NCBI GenBank assembly: GCA_039545335.1
Contig: BCIN01000001.1
Span: 1,286,604 to 1,350,603 of the forward strand
Direction: 5' to 3'
Source: Kondoa subrosea
Taxonomy: Eukaryota
Length of the DNA stretch: 64,000 nucleotides
The notes below the pieces were generated by a model. The model was not told where the DNA came from and ran no database searches. It saw only the letters and a program-made list of their open reading frames with translations. Shown here piece by piece: positions 49,001 to 62,170 of the stretch (the first letter of the stretch is position 1; every line of letters begins with the position of its first letter). The position numbers and the translations under genes were made by a program.

Positions 49001-51333
49001 TGAGGAAGAAGGGAAGAAGGCTTGGTTGGAGTGAAGGTCGTTCACTTCTAGCCACATAGGAGTTGCAGTGATGGCTGACAGGCACTAAACTGCATCTGGA
49101 CTGAGTGGACTGAAACTAGCAAACGCGAAGGGAAGTCAACAGCAAGGAGCACAGCAATCGCATGCGATAGGTTTGAAGAGAATCGGAGAGAGGAAGACAG
49201 CGAGGGACACGCGACATCACGCGATTTCTGCTCTCATGCTTTTACGGCTGATTGATGTGTTGAAAACGTCCATTGAGGGAATCCCAATCTCCAAGCCTCG
49301 CTGCTGGCGTTGACGCTACATAACTCTTCATTCTTGATGAGCTCTACAAGCAGGACTTTAGAGCGAAGCAAAGAAAGAACCCATGCGAGTTGAATGAAGT
49401 CATGGTAAATATCAATCTGACTTGACGAGCATAATGAGCATAAGTGGACGTATGGTGTCCACGTAATTACATATCAAGCATCAGGGAATGGGCAACTGCC
49501 AGCTCGACACTTCTTTGATTCCACGCTCAGCACGTTGAGCCCTTGTCGAACGAGAGGTCACCTAAAGCCAGAGCCATCGTTGATTGATTAATTCTGACGC
49601 TTCCAGAAGGTTCTAGTATCGCAAGATCATGAAGAGCGCGCCAATCAAGGATCCAATTTCTTCTGTTGAAAGTCTTGACATGCTCTGCCCTTGCGGATGA
49701 CTATGGCTTCGGAGCTAGTCTCAATGATAGGCAGTCTGTATCTTGGGAGTTCGAGCTAGAGCAGAATGTCCAGGAGGCAAATTTTGGCCGTACAGAGCAA
49801 GCTGGCTTGACCTGGAGCAGTAAAGTGGAATGATTAATACCTCGACTGGAAGCGATGTCAGGCCTATGTATACCTTATATGACTGCTACAAGGCTGCTAC
49901 TGGTCACATCAAGCGAGAGAGAACGGCTTGATGAGCATGAAATTGAGATGGGTCGAAACGCTCAAGATGATGCAGCCGAAGGATGCGCCTTGCTTGCCTA
50001 TATACACCAAGAAGATCTCATGCGACTGCTGCTTTTGATCGCTGTCCTACTAGTGCTTTACATCTCGTGTTTCGCCTGGGCGTGACCTTTTGAACTCGTC
50101 TGAATGGCTTGAAGGTCTGCTTGGAAGGGCTCTGATCTCATCACATACTGCTCTATGTATCCTTACATCAAGTGCTGCAAGAAGTGATCGCCATATTGCT
50201 TCGATGATTGTCGCTATTCCTTTCGAGTGCCTGAACCTGCATATTAGCTTGAAGACTGTACCACACAGCTATTGCAGTATCAGCTGAATCAAGCCTCTTT
50301 GCCACAATCTGCGCGAATGACCTTCGAAACTGCTCTTTTCCTCTCTTTTCCTCATCGAATCACCTTCAGGTTCGCCCTTTCAGATCACCCTTCTTTGCTT
50401 TTGGTCAGCTGACGACGCAACCACGACATCGACGGGTTTCCGCCGGCGCTACATACCTGAGCTCGCGCTTACTAGATTCGCTCGAACGCCGCGAGACGCC
50501 AGGGACAGCTCTCACCGCGAGATGCCTGTTTCGAACCAGGAGTACCGGCCTGTTCCTAGAACCTCGAGACTCTCTGCAAGATAAAGATAGATCTGCGAGG
50601 GCAAGCTGAAGACTGAAGATGGATTTCGACCGTTTTGGCATCTGTATCTACACCTATTTCCATGGCGCCTCGACAGCTCACCCCGTTTTCGTAAATTCTA
50701 GTTCCGCGGTGAATAGATCGAGCACCAAAGATAATGCCAGAGGCAGCTCTCTTGCTTTCGAGCTTGAGATGTCTGTTATGGACGGGAGAGGACGGCAGGG
50801 GCCAGAACCTCCGAAACTGCTCGCTAGACTAGCCGAGAACAGGGTTTAGAGGGCGAAGCGAAAGCTCTGAAGATTGGACAACTTTTCGATCATAAATGGC
50901 AATCGATCTTTACGATACCAGATAATTTTCGCCTTTCTCTCACATAGCTGCTGCTGGAACAAGACATCTGTTAGTTTTTCGCTCGGATATGATCACATCT
51001 TTATCTGATCGTTTCTACCTACTGACAGTTCTTTTGGCATATTTGCTCACTCGTCGCTGTCGCTGGTCGCTCATACAGAGAGCAACCAGAAGTAAGTCAT
51101 TTCCCCTTTTGCGAACTTCTGCTTGCGCTAACTAGATTGATCGCAATCTATCACCAGCGTCATACTCCGCCGCTTCGGTAGATAACGCGGGCCTTGGCTG
51201 ATGTCTTTCCGCGATTTTTGCCTATCTATCGGCTCGGCATGTCTCTCGCTATCTATCATTTTGCCGGCTGTAGCTCCTTGTGCTATATCACTCTTACACT
51301 CTCAGTCCTGAAGCCTACTACAGTATTGCATTC

Positions 51334-52352
51334 ATGAATATCACTACAAGCTCTCTTCTGCTATTGGCTGCGTCGGCCTTAGCTGTACCGTTTTCATCAA
51401 TACGCATGAAAGATACGGCTCTACTTCTGATCGACATTCAGAACGATTTCATAAACGGAAGTCTTGGATCAGATAGAGCTTACAACATCTTTCCCGCTGT
51501 CTACAACCTTCTCGACAACCATGAATATGGTCTTATAGTTGCTTCCCAGGGTCAGCTATCTCGAATTTTTTTGCCAGGCTTATCGCTAAAGTATTGTAGA
51601 TTGGCATCCGCCGAATCATATCAGCTTTGCGAGCAATACTGCTGGAACCAAGCCTCGTGATTCAATCAATCTCACCGTCGTTGGGGACTCTAGAGGCAAT
51701 ATACAAAAGCAGTCCGTCACTTTCGGTAATTTCACTTTGTAGCTCTGTTGTATTTTAGCTTAATGTCTAGCTCGTAGATCATTGCGTTCCAGGCACCGTG
51801 GGAGCTGAACTGGAATCCGGAGTGAAACAGCGCTTGCAATACCTCGAAGGATACGATACTTCAGGTTAGCAAGCAGATCTCGAACCTTTGCAATGCGCTG
51901 ACGATTCTGTAGTCAACTACATCAAGAAAGCTCAGAATCACTCTATCGACTCTTACTCTGCTTTCCTTGACAATATGGGCTTCCGCTATACCACACTCAA
52001 GGATGAATTAGCAGCGCATCAGATCAAGAAAGTAGTCATTGCCGGTCTAATCACATCGGCTTGCGTCCGTGGAAGTGCTATTGATGGTCATAAATTGGGC
52101 TACGAAATTACTGTGATCTCTGATGGAGTTGATACCGTATCGCAAGAGCTTCAAGACAAAACGCTCGATGAGCTTTCAGGCTTTTGGTGAGCTCATTACG
52201 CGGATTCAAATGTCGTTCTTTACTGATATCTACTTTTTAGGGGGATCAACGTCCAGTCCTATGCGGATTGGTCAAAGGATGCAAAATGGGTCAAAGGCTC
52301 TCAGCATGCTGAAATCCTTCATACAAAGCAATTGCGTCTTACCGATTTGTAA
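51334..52352 (+). CDS. Nicotinamidase/isochorismatase-family cysteine hydrolase with N-terminal signal peptide
   Basis: MNITTSSLLLLAASALA; ALLLIDIQNDFINGSL; SQDWHPPNHISFAS; DHCVPGTVGAEL; KKAQNHSIDSYSAF; GLITSACVRGSAIDG. Confidence 0.88.
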
Positions 52353-52439
52353 CATCTTATTTTTACTAGAAAATGATCGATACTAATCTTTAAAGTAAAG
52401 AATTTCATCTACAGTTCTCTCACTTCATTTGTGTTCTTG

Positions 52440-53297
52440 TTATGTTTGCCGGTCCATTGTCTTTATGACCCGCGCAGGATTACCAGCGACAACAGCTCGC
52501 TCGGGCACATCTTTTGTCTGGTCGGATGGGTGCTTAGCATTGACGGACATCTTGAGAAGCAGCAACCTACTACTACTGATCCCGCTCCAACAATGGCTCC
52601 TTTTCCTATTCTCACTCCTGGCAGAATAATACAACCCCCACCGACTATAGAGAGTCAGCAAGAAAGCCTGCATAATAAAGAGCATACAGCTTACGCCAAG
52701 CATCGTCTTCGATTGTAACAGGTTTGCCTAATTCTGGCCCGAACGATCCGTTGCGTTCTTCGGGTGAAAGAGGATGTGTAGCTGAACCGAAATCAGTCAG
52801 AGTACACTTGGAAGTACTGCATTGAGCGTACCGGTGTATATTTGAACGTTTGCAGCGATAAGAACCCGATCGCCAACTGTAATTGGGCAAACATTGATGA
52901 AAGTACAGTTCGGACCAATTCCTCCGTTGGTACCCATAGTAAAGTTGAAGCCCTGAAGAAGAAGAAGAGCATAAGACAGGGTCAAAGAGAGAAAAGTAAT
53001 GTAAAAGAGAAAGTACATATTCTATAGATATAGGTGCAACGCAATACCAATCTGCATCTTCTTTGATGTTGATGAAAGAGCGTAAGAGTTTCAAACGTTT
53101 CTCCTCTGATCGTTCATGATTGATCTCCCATAATTTGTCTGCCTCCGCGCTTCTTAATTTGCATATGTATGGATCTCGACCATCGTAAGGACCGCCTTTC
53201 AGCATTTTCTCCTAGCGACTCTTTACCTTCAGCGTGATCTCTGCATATCGAGAGATGTGCGCACAAATTCAGTTCTATCTTCCATCGGATCTGACAT
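52440..53297 (-). CDS. Maltose/galactoside O-acetyltransferase (left-handed beta-helix)
   Basis: EKMLKGGPYD, DRVLIAANVQIYT.THPL.PEER, GKPVTIEDDAW, IGAGSVVTKDVP..AVVAGNPARVIK. Confidence 0.92.
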
Positions 53298-53451
53298 TAT
53301 AGGAAAGCAGAGAGATCTCGTATCAAGACAGACACGAAGCAATGAGCTACAACAATGGACACAGTGCCCCGGTATTCAGCAGCACAGCAAGGCAAAGCTC
53401 GACAGAGAACAGCTTTCTTAACAACAAACAAGCACAGCAATTTCAGCGCCT

Positions 53452-54420
53452 ATGGATATTCTAGCAGGTTTAGGTGTAGCAACAGGGTCAAAAAGGAAAG
53501 CAGCGCCGATTGACACGGATGCAGAGCGTAGGAAATCAGTGAGAGGAGAATCAAGGGCAGAAAGAGATGCAAGATGGGAAAAACAGAGACTCGCAAAGAG
53601 GCGGCAGCAGCGGGTATGCTATGTTCTTCTGCGCAGATTCATGGTCATGATCTCACGGCGACGTGTCATAGGCGAAATCTTCAGACTCTTCCTCAGATTC
53701 TGATGCGGAAGTCTCAGTCGACATCATATCGACGAGTACTGTGGATCTCGAAGACAAGTCTCCGCGAAAGCCGAGTGAGTAGCTTACATCATTCCTCGTC
53801 ACTACATCTGATGACGCGATGCTTCACTGTAGATATCAGAAGCTATTGTCCGCCTGAAGTATATGGTCTTGACGAATTGGATGAAGAGGAAGCTTATATT
53901 CTCGCTATACTGAAGAAACAACCCAAGACGGGTACAGCAACGATCAAGCGAAAGATCGAAGAAGATCTAGCAGCAGCTTATCCGAAAACCAAGAAAGGTG
54001 GATCGAACAAGAAGCGCGATCGCTTGTACTCTTCTTTAAAATTCTATAAAGCCTTCTGTTCCAAAAGACAGATCCAACCTTTTCCTCTTACTACATTGAA
54101 AGCCGCTTTGTTCCTGAAAACGATTCTTGAACTTCTGACACGAGTTCAAGAGAATCAATTACCTCAATTATCAGAAATCGAAATGCATCAGCAACAAATG
54201 ATGACGGTCAGACGGATGCACGCGAAGTACTTTCCAGGTCAAAAGAAGGTATTAGAAGCAGAACTGAGGAAAGAACCGCTTATAATGGTATGTTTCTCTC
54301 GTTTTGTGAGGTTGTTTTGACAAATGTTTTGGCACGCAGGAATTGATTGAGAGAAGGAACGAAAATTTGCGAACCAGAGCAGCGAAAAGAGCGGAACAAG
54401 GGGCAGAAGACAGAAAATAG
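53452..54420 (+). CDS. Hypothetical basic, probably nuclear protein
   Basis: ATG 53452, NLS-like SKRKA/RRKS, three GT-AG introns joining in frame, ends ...AEDRK*. Confidence 0.65.
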
Positions 54421-54680
54421 TAGTATGGAATTCATGTAATATATTATGTTCGATAAACATGCGAGGTATTCCTATGGACTGTGATACCTTCTTCTGAGAT
54501 TGGAAATCCTTCCTATGCGACTTTAGGCCTTGTCTTCTACATCTAGTTGTAGAATGGGTCGACCAGCCAAGCCAAGGGTTGGATGAGGAGTCCAGGCTGC
54601 AGTCTGTTCACGTATTCTCTTACTGAAACAGTCCAGCAACATCAGGATAAGAAAGCTGCCCCGGTCTAGCGAACACTTAC

Positions 54681-55772
54681 TCAGTAAGCGGGTCGGTCTT
54701 TCCTAAGAGCAAAAGGCACGAGATCAAAGCTGAAGAGAGCAGATCATACATGATAGCTTACTTTCCAAGCAGAAAAGGTTCGACTTGAGCAGGATCGTCA
54801 AGGTCCGGTTCATCGAATTCCAGTTGTATGCAATCGATGTACTATTCAGATCAGCACATGTTTGTCGCAGTAGAAAAGATCACCTACCCTGCCCAATCGA
54901 TCCTCAAGAACCTTCTTCGTCGGCCATGTGTAGGCGGAACCGCCCGCTTTCTTGAACTTCTCAAGATGCTGGCCTTTTCTTGAAGTACCACACCAGGTCC
55001 CAGATCTACGGATCTTATCGGCATCACAACGGTCGTGTGATCCAGTAAGCCTTACGGGTATGCATTTGGGTGAAAGACAGGCGGAAAGAATTGCACTGAT
55101 AGTGCTTGTGAGCTGAGTTTCAGCAAAACGACGAAACAATTTTACCTTTCGGTACTTCGTCTGGTGTTGAAGCAAAAGGAGAGTCATACATGATCTGCTC
55201 TCAAGTCGCATGGTACGTACTCGTGAACTTCACGCGAGCAGTGAAAACCCCTTCGGCCCAATCCTGCGAGAGATTCCCTAAGCAGCTCTGTCGATACGAT
55301 ACGACAGCACTTACACCATATCGACCTGGTAGATTCAAAATCGAGGTCTTCATATCATAAATTTCTTCATCTGGATATCCCATTGGCCAGAATGTAGCTC
55401 CGAGCGAAGTCAACAAGTTTCGGCTATTGTAAAACTCTTTGTATGCCGCTCGACCGTCCTCGCTGACGAGAAGATAGTGAAGAGAGCGTAATAGAAACGG
55501 ACAAGAAAGGTAGCACACTCCATAGTGACAATTGTCTCTGGCGAAAGACACCAAGTGAAAGACAGCTCAACAGGTGATCTAGGCATCGACCTTTCAGCCG
55601 CATTGACTGCCTTGTAAGCAGCAGACAGAGCCTCTTGGCCAGCATTGTATGCATCCTCGTCGTACTCTGCCTCAGTATGGAAGATAGACAAAGCTTATTT
55701 CATAAGAGACGAAGCAGATTCAGAGTAAGACACCTCGCTAGCTCTTCTACGCTTTCTAGGATTAGCAGACAT
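54681..55772 (-). CDS. Hypothetical protein with N-terminal NLS-like KRRR, multi-exon
   Basis: MSANPRKRRRASE, several long open exons, spliced end ...KDRPAY*. Confidence 0.55.
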
Positions 55773-55834
55773 GGGTGACTTCTTCGACATTAAAAGTGGT
55801 CGAGCACTGTTGACCAGTTTCGACGAAAACCTAG

Positions 55835-58330
55835 ATGCGAGTCAACGCATCCAAGGCGCTGCTGCGTCAAACGAGGAGTGCATACATCTATGGTCGAGCT
55901 AGCAGACGAGTCAGTTCCTTTGCTTCGGAGGAGAGGGAACGGCCTGAAACTAACTTGTGCATGAACGCAGAATGCCAGCTCGTCTACTAAAGCTGTAACA
56001 GACCCAGTGGCAGAGACTCCAGCTATTCCTACACCTGTGGTACCTATAGTGGAAGTGAAGCCTATCATTATAAAGAAGAAGCGTCGACCTTTCCGGCGCT
56101 TTTTGATTTGGACTTCCCTGCTTGCTGCAACTCTTTATGGAGGTCTCACTTATGCATCAACACAGAATGAAAGGGTTAGAGAATTCTATACTCAAGCTAT
56201 GCCTGGAGCCTCGACCATTATGGATTCTTTAGATGAAAAGTCGCTTACCGCTCTGGGTGCACCTAAAGGCAAGAGTCGCAGCGTGAGCCAAGAAGCTTTG
56301 GTCAAGTCAAATGAGAAAGCTAGGCAGATAGGCATTGAAGCGAGAGAACGCAAAGAAAGGGCTAGACAGCATGCTGAGCGAACTGCTCAAGAAGCGAAAG
56401 ATGCTCTTGGTTCTGCTACACAGCAAGTTCAAGACAAGGCAAACTCAGTCAAAGATGCTGTGGTTCATGCTGCTTCTGCCGCTTCAGCTATAGCTTCCGA
56501 GAAAGCTCAAGATGTCAAGAACGCTGTCAATTCTCTCGCTCACGATGGGAAACAAACAGTCGACTCCCTTAGCAGAGATGGAAAGGCAAAAGCGAATACT
56601 TTAGCAAAAGAAAGCAAAGATGCTGCCAAATCAGCTGAACATTCAGCAGCTACCAATGCTCGAGATGCCAAACAAGCTGTTATGCAGAAAGCAGAATCAG
56701 CGGCTGACAAAACCAAAGCTGCACTTTCCTCTGCTGAAGCAAAGACCAAGGCCGCCTTATCAGATGTTGAAGCAAAGAGCAAGTCTGCTTTAGCCAGTGT
56801 CGAATCGAAAGCCAAATCCGCTGTAGCAAGTGCCGAATCTTCTCTCTCTTCTCTAGAAATTCAAGCAGAGGACGCTTTGCATTCAGCAGCCGACAGCATC
56901 AAATCAGTTCTACCTTCCGAACCGGGAGTACCTCAACCGCGTCGACCTCACAATGGCGAATTAGATCCTACTCCTCAGCCACCTATCGAACCAGTAGGAC
57001 AACCTTACACTGGTCCTCCTCTTCCAATCGGATCAGAACCACCACCAGGTTATTATCTCGCCAAACCCAAAAAAGCAGCACCAGTAAAAGCTGTGCCTCC
57101 TTCTCCTTTACCTTTAGTTGCTCCTACTGTATCGGAATTATCAGCTCAAGAACCTGTTCTAGGTCAAATTGCAAGCACGATTGATTCTTTAGCTGGTTTC
57201 CTCAACTCTTCACCTGCTGCATTGAACAATGATGGACCTATCAAATCAGTTTTACAAACTGCTGAACTGGATCTGAAATCACTTGGTGAACGACTAGAGA
57301 AAGTGAAAGAGGAAGAACATAAACTTTTGGAAGAAAGGTTAGACAAGCAGAAACAAGAGTATCAAGTTCAACTTGAAGAAAAGGAGAAGGATTTGTGGGA
57401 TAAACTTGGTCAGCAAGAAGAGGATTGGAGATCTGCTTTTGATAGCGAACGCCAACAATTAGCTGGAGCGTATAGAACCAAACTTGAAAAGGAGTTGGAA
57501 ACGCAAAAGGAGATCATTAATGAACGATTGAGGGAAGAAGTCATTGCTCAGGGTATTGAGATGCAGAGAAGATGGCTCAGAGACATCAAGATGCGTGTTG
57601 AGAAAGAACGAGGTGGAAGGTTGTCTAGATTGGAAGAGCTTTCAGGCAGTCTCAAAACCTTGGAGAAAGTCACTTTGGACAACGATGATTACCTTTCCCA
57701 GTCACTCAAGGTCAATACTCTGTGGTCTGCACTTCGCGCAACCCAATCTGCTGAAGGCCGACCATTCACTGATGAACTTCGGGCACTGAAGGAAATCTCA
57801 ACAAACGATTCAACCATGTCTACTGCATTGTCATCTATTCCTGCCGAAACTGCTTCAACTGGCATCACACCTTTCGCAGCTCTTTCAGCGTGGTTCACTA
57901 CCAAACTTTCACCTCGCATTAAAATGGCTGCTCTAATGCCTGACAACGGCGGATGCATCTCCTATGCCGCAAGTACTATTCTCAGTCCTCTTCTTATTGC
58001 TCGCTCTGGATTTTCGACCGGCGACGATGTAATGAGCGTGCTCAACCGGGCGAATTATTACCTCAACCTAAAAGATCTGGATCGGGCAGCCAGAGAAGTC
58101 AATCAGCTGACTGTACGTGTCATTCATCGCTATTCTTGTTGAAGCTGATGTTCTTCCGCAGGGTTGGCCGAAAATCTTGGCTCGAGACTGGTTGCAAGCG
58201 GCAAGGCAACATCTCGAAGTCAAGCAAGCGCTAGAGGTATGTCTCGTAGCCTTTCCTGACTATAGAGCTGACGTTCGTTCTCTAGATTATTGAAACGGAA
58301 GCAAAAATCAAGAGTTTCTCAATACTTTGA
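55835..58330 (+). CDS. MIC60: MICOS complex subunit Mic60 (mitofilin)
   Basis: Presequence MRVNASKALLRQ, TM after KKRRPFRRF, coiled coil, QGIEMQRRW..VEKERGGRLSRL, DLDRAAREVNQLTGWPKILARDWL. Confidence 0.95.
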
Positions 58331-58630
58331 GAAACGACATGAGATCGAGAACAAAAGGTGTAAGAGTGAGAGGTTTGAATAGTAACATAGCCTACGCAAA
58401 TGCAACATGCTGAAATATATGCATTTTCGAGTCAGTCGAATATACAAGTCTATGCTTTTAAAAAGAGGAACTAGTATCTTGCATGTTTTAACGGTATTTT
58501 ACAAAGATAAGCTTCTTTGCTAAGCAGTATGAGTCATGATTTATGCAGTATTTACAAATTTTTGATGAGATCGTTTGGGCGTAATCATAGAGAAAAGAGA
58601 AGATTGTCCGTTTATCATGCACTTGTTTCA

Positions 58631-60959
58631 TCAACGCAAAAGGAGCAAGGGTGAGAAGAGCGCGATACCAAGGAAGACAGCCAATGAGCAGAGAGAATTG
58701 ATTGTCGAAGGGGCGCTGGATGTGTCGCCTATGTACAGACCTCAGCATTTACCCTTAAATTGGGGTCAATTTTGTGACTTACGAGCTGCTACGTTTGGTC
58801 CGATTGTTTCCACCACAATGACTTGAGTCACAAGTACACCTCCTCTTGTACGAGTGACGGCTGCAAGCACATCAGCAAAATCCTATAAAACGCAAAAATC
58901 AACTCTTACTGATGGTTTGTCGGGTAACGAGGACTGAAGTTTCCGTAACAAAGACAGTTGAAGCTTCGTTGTCCGTAGCTGCAGCAGTGACGGTGATTAC
59001 TTGAGGCACAAGAACAGTGACGATTTGTCTAGCTCCAGAAATCAGAATGCAGATAATTTTGCATAAAGCGAAATTATTATTTACCCGGCAGCGTTCGTGG
59101 TAGTTTGTGTTGATGTTTGCGTCAAGGTCAGTGCTTCAGAAGTGACGAAGTCAGGCATGACAGCTAAAAAGCTGGGATTGAGCGAAATTCAAAGATTGAA
59201 GTAGATAGACCTCACTGAAGCTAGGTGATGCAGCATCGGTAGGCGATGCAGCTGGTGAAGCACCATTAGCACTATCTGTTTGCCCATTTGATCCTCCTCC
59301 TGCAATAATAGTCTGACCATTTTCATTGACTTGAGAACTGGCTTGAGCACCTCCTGCATCAGCCGTATTACCAGATTGCTGAGTTGGTTGAGCAGCAGTA
59401 GTCAGATCGCCATTAGCTGCGGTACTGGTTACTTGAGTTCCGCCAGCGACTTGGGTCTGAGAGCTGGCAACGGGCGAAGTTTGATCTACAGAAGCTTGGG
59501 CAGTGGAAGTCGAGCTAGAGATCTCAACGACTACAGCCGAGGTGGTAGCGGGTGCGTTGCTACATGAACGTAGTGAGCAAGAATAGATCACGACATAAGT
59601 GCGCAAACTGACCTTGTAGTCTGCTGCTGAGGCGCAGTAGTACTTTGGGCAGGAGTACCGTTTGATGTTGAAGGTGAGGGATTCGTCGGAGAAGGCTGAG
59701 TAGGTGAATTTTGGGTAGGCGAAGTTGAAGTTTCGCCTTGAGTAGGTGAAGCTGGAGATGAAGAGCCTTGCACAGGCGCCGTAGTCTGAGAGATAGTGGA
59801 CTGTTGCTGTGGAGTAGTTGGAGAATTGGTTGAGGCAGGCGTGGGCGAAGCGCTCGTCTGTTCAGTTGTTGGTTCGCGCGGGCTTGAAGAAAGTGAAGTA
59901 GCTGGCAGCTGAGTCGTAGGGGTCACATCGATTGCGATAGAGGTACTGGTCGTAGGCTGAGATGTTGGAGAAGTTTGAGCTGGAGCTGTCAATGAGGAAA
60001 TGGGTAAATCAGCGCTTGTTCCTTCACCAGTCTGAGTGTTTCCATTAGCAATCAAAGAATTTAGAGAGCCGGTCTGAACAAAAGGAGCAGAGCTGCTTGA
60101 GCGATGGGCCAGAGAAGATGAGGTAGATGCAGGAATTTCAGAAACGCCGTTGATTGATTCTTGCGATGGTAAAATGGTATACGTTTGGGTATAGGTGGTT
60201 TCCGACGAGCCCAGAACGGTATTAATTGGTAGAGTTTGCGCAGATGGCTCTTCTGTAGATGTGAAAGAGATGACTTGCGTCGTGGAAATGCTGGTCGTAA
60301 GTTGTGTTATAGTCCTCGTTATCTGATTAGTAGCTGGGAAAGGTGCGTTGAGAGTTGTAAAAGAGAGTTCGCGGGTAATAAAGGAAGAGGTTGATTCGGA
60401 AATCGACGACAGCAACTCACTAGTTTGCTCAGGCATGGTAGAGGCCGGCCTAGTGGAGGTCGTACGGTCTTCAGATGTCGTTCGCGGAGCATTTTGCGCA
60501 GAAGAGGTAGTGGGAACTTCCTCAATAGACGAAACTTCTCGTGTGCGCGAAGCTTCTTCGACCGTAGTCTGAAGCTGAGTGACTGGGCTGCTCGAAGCTT
60601 GCTCAGGAGCAGATGTAGCCTGATTAACAGCAGCAGCGGTAGCTAGAAGAAACAGCATGCTTCTTAGATTTGGAACTCCCGCAAAAGTTTCGCGCATGAC
60701 AAGGACAAAGTAGACGTAAGAGACGTCCAAGGGAAAGTGACGAAGAGGACGAAGAGAAAAGCTACTTACTGGTTGCTGCAGTCTCGCCTGCTTGTGTGGA
60801 TTCGCCTGCTTCACTTTGCCTCTTTGCAAGTTGTGCATAAGCTTGGATCTTATCGATACCGCCTAGTTCCCAGTTGTCGAGGTCTAGATCTCTTTCAGTC
60901 GGTCTTGCGCGACTCAACACCGCAGCCAAGGTGAAAATTGGGATGAAAGTAAGGCGCAT
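58631..60959 (-). CDS. Secreted Ser/Thr/Pro-rich mucin-like protein with predicted GPI-anchor signal
   Basis: Signal peptide MRLTFIPIFTLAAVLSRA, LAKR dibasic site, over 500 aa S/T-rich, C-terminus SSAPSTINSLCSLAVFLGIALFSPLLLLR*. Confidence 0.8.
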
Positions 60960-61608
60960 TGTGAAAGTTCGTTAAAATGCTTGATCGATGTAAGGGAATC
61001 AAATGCAATGCGATGGGTCGTAAAGGAGCTGATGAGTCGGGCTGAAAGAGAGAACCAGCTCTGTTTGTCGTCGCTGAAGAGAAGGAGAACATACGTACCG
61101 GGACATTTGGCAAAGACATTTATTACGTGAGCGACACATCGTGATTATTCCCGGCCCTTTCAAGCTGAGACTCCTGCTGTACCATAGTGAACGCTCATAT
61201 TCTAGGCAGGTGGTTCAGTCGAGGAGATCACGCGGAACACTTGGCAAAGACATGCATAAACTACGTGAGCGGTAGAAAAGATAGAGCAGGAGCGGTATAC
61301 AGGATTGCTACATGAATCTACGCTCCGATAAGGAATCCATAGTGTCTGCACATGTTCTTGACACACAAGGTGCATAAGCTCAAGCCGCTGCAAAGGGATA
61401 TTGAACTCACACCGTGATGGGGCCTTGCGGCCCCAATGAACGCATAAATTTCCTTCTGAAACTGCACTTTACAGTCAATGACGAGACACGCGACAGTCAG
61501 CTAAGCTGACTAAGCTGACCTTGTGAACATCGAGTTTGACGATCCTCAAAGCTCCATTGTTTGGCAAACTGTTAAAAGCCTGTTTGATCATTGCTGTCAG
61601 CGACATCT

Positions 61609-62091
61609 CTATCGCCGCTGTTGAGCCTGATTGACCTCTGTCACCTTTCGATAGGCCTCGCCAAGCTGTACAAATTTGAGCAGGTGTTTGTATAGCCTTT
61701 CCGCAGGATTGCTTACATCGTTCAACGTCATGTATATCTCGTTGACGTGAACCTCTGCATTGCTTGCCTGAACGGCATCGCGCCCTTTAGTTGCATGCCC
61801 GATAGCTGAGTCGAGCTTCTTTACCGCAGCTGCCGTCTATTCAAGAGTGATCAGAGTCCGAAATGTTAACAAAGGTCTAGGTAGAATACTGACTTGCTCG
61901 CAAGCTGTCGGAGCTACTTGCCCTCCGGGTGGAAGTCGAACTTGCACTTCCAAGGCTGTCTTCCTGAGCTCGGTAAGGGCATTAATGACATTCTTCTCAT
62001 GGTTGACGAAGTTTGCTTGCGTCCATGGACCGCCTGCCGAGGTGACGAAGGGCGTTCCTCGATTGGGAGTAAGGTTGAGTTGCTGAGACAT
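61609..62091 (-). CDS. Hypothetical helical protein (about 124 aa, 3 exons)
   Basis: MSQQLNLTPNRG...ACEQ|TAAAVKKLD...TLND|LGEAYRK...QQRR* with canonical GT-AG introns. Confidence 0.65.
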
Positions 62092-62136
62092 ATAGAAAGA
62101 TGTATATATAGGTCTTGGATATAATATGATTGCTTC

Positions 62137-62170
62137 GCTAGATATAGAGCGTCGGCTAGATATAGAGCGT
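62137..62170. repeat. Tandem 16-bp direct repeat GCTAGATATAGAGCGT x2 with 2-bp spacer
   Basis: Identical copies at 62137-62152 and 62155-62170, about 45 bp upstream of the minus-strand ATG at 62091. Confidence 0.85.

Noticed and set aside
61418..61435. GC-rich hairpin TGGGGCC-TTGC-GGCCCCA
   Set aside because: A 7-bp stem is expected by chance, and bacterial-type terminators are not relevant in this eukaryotic context
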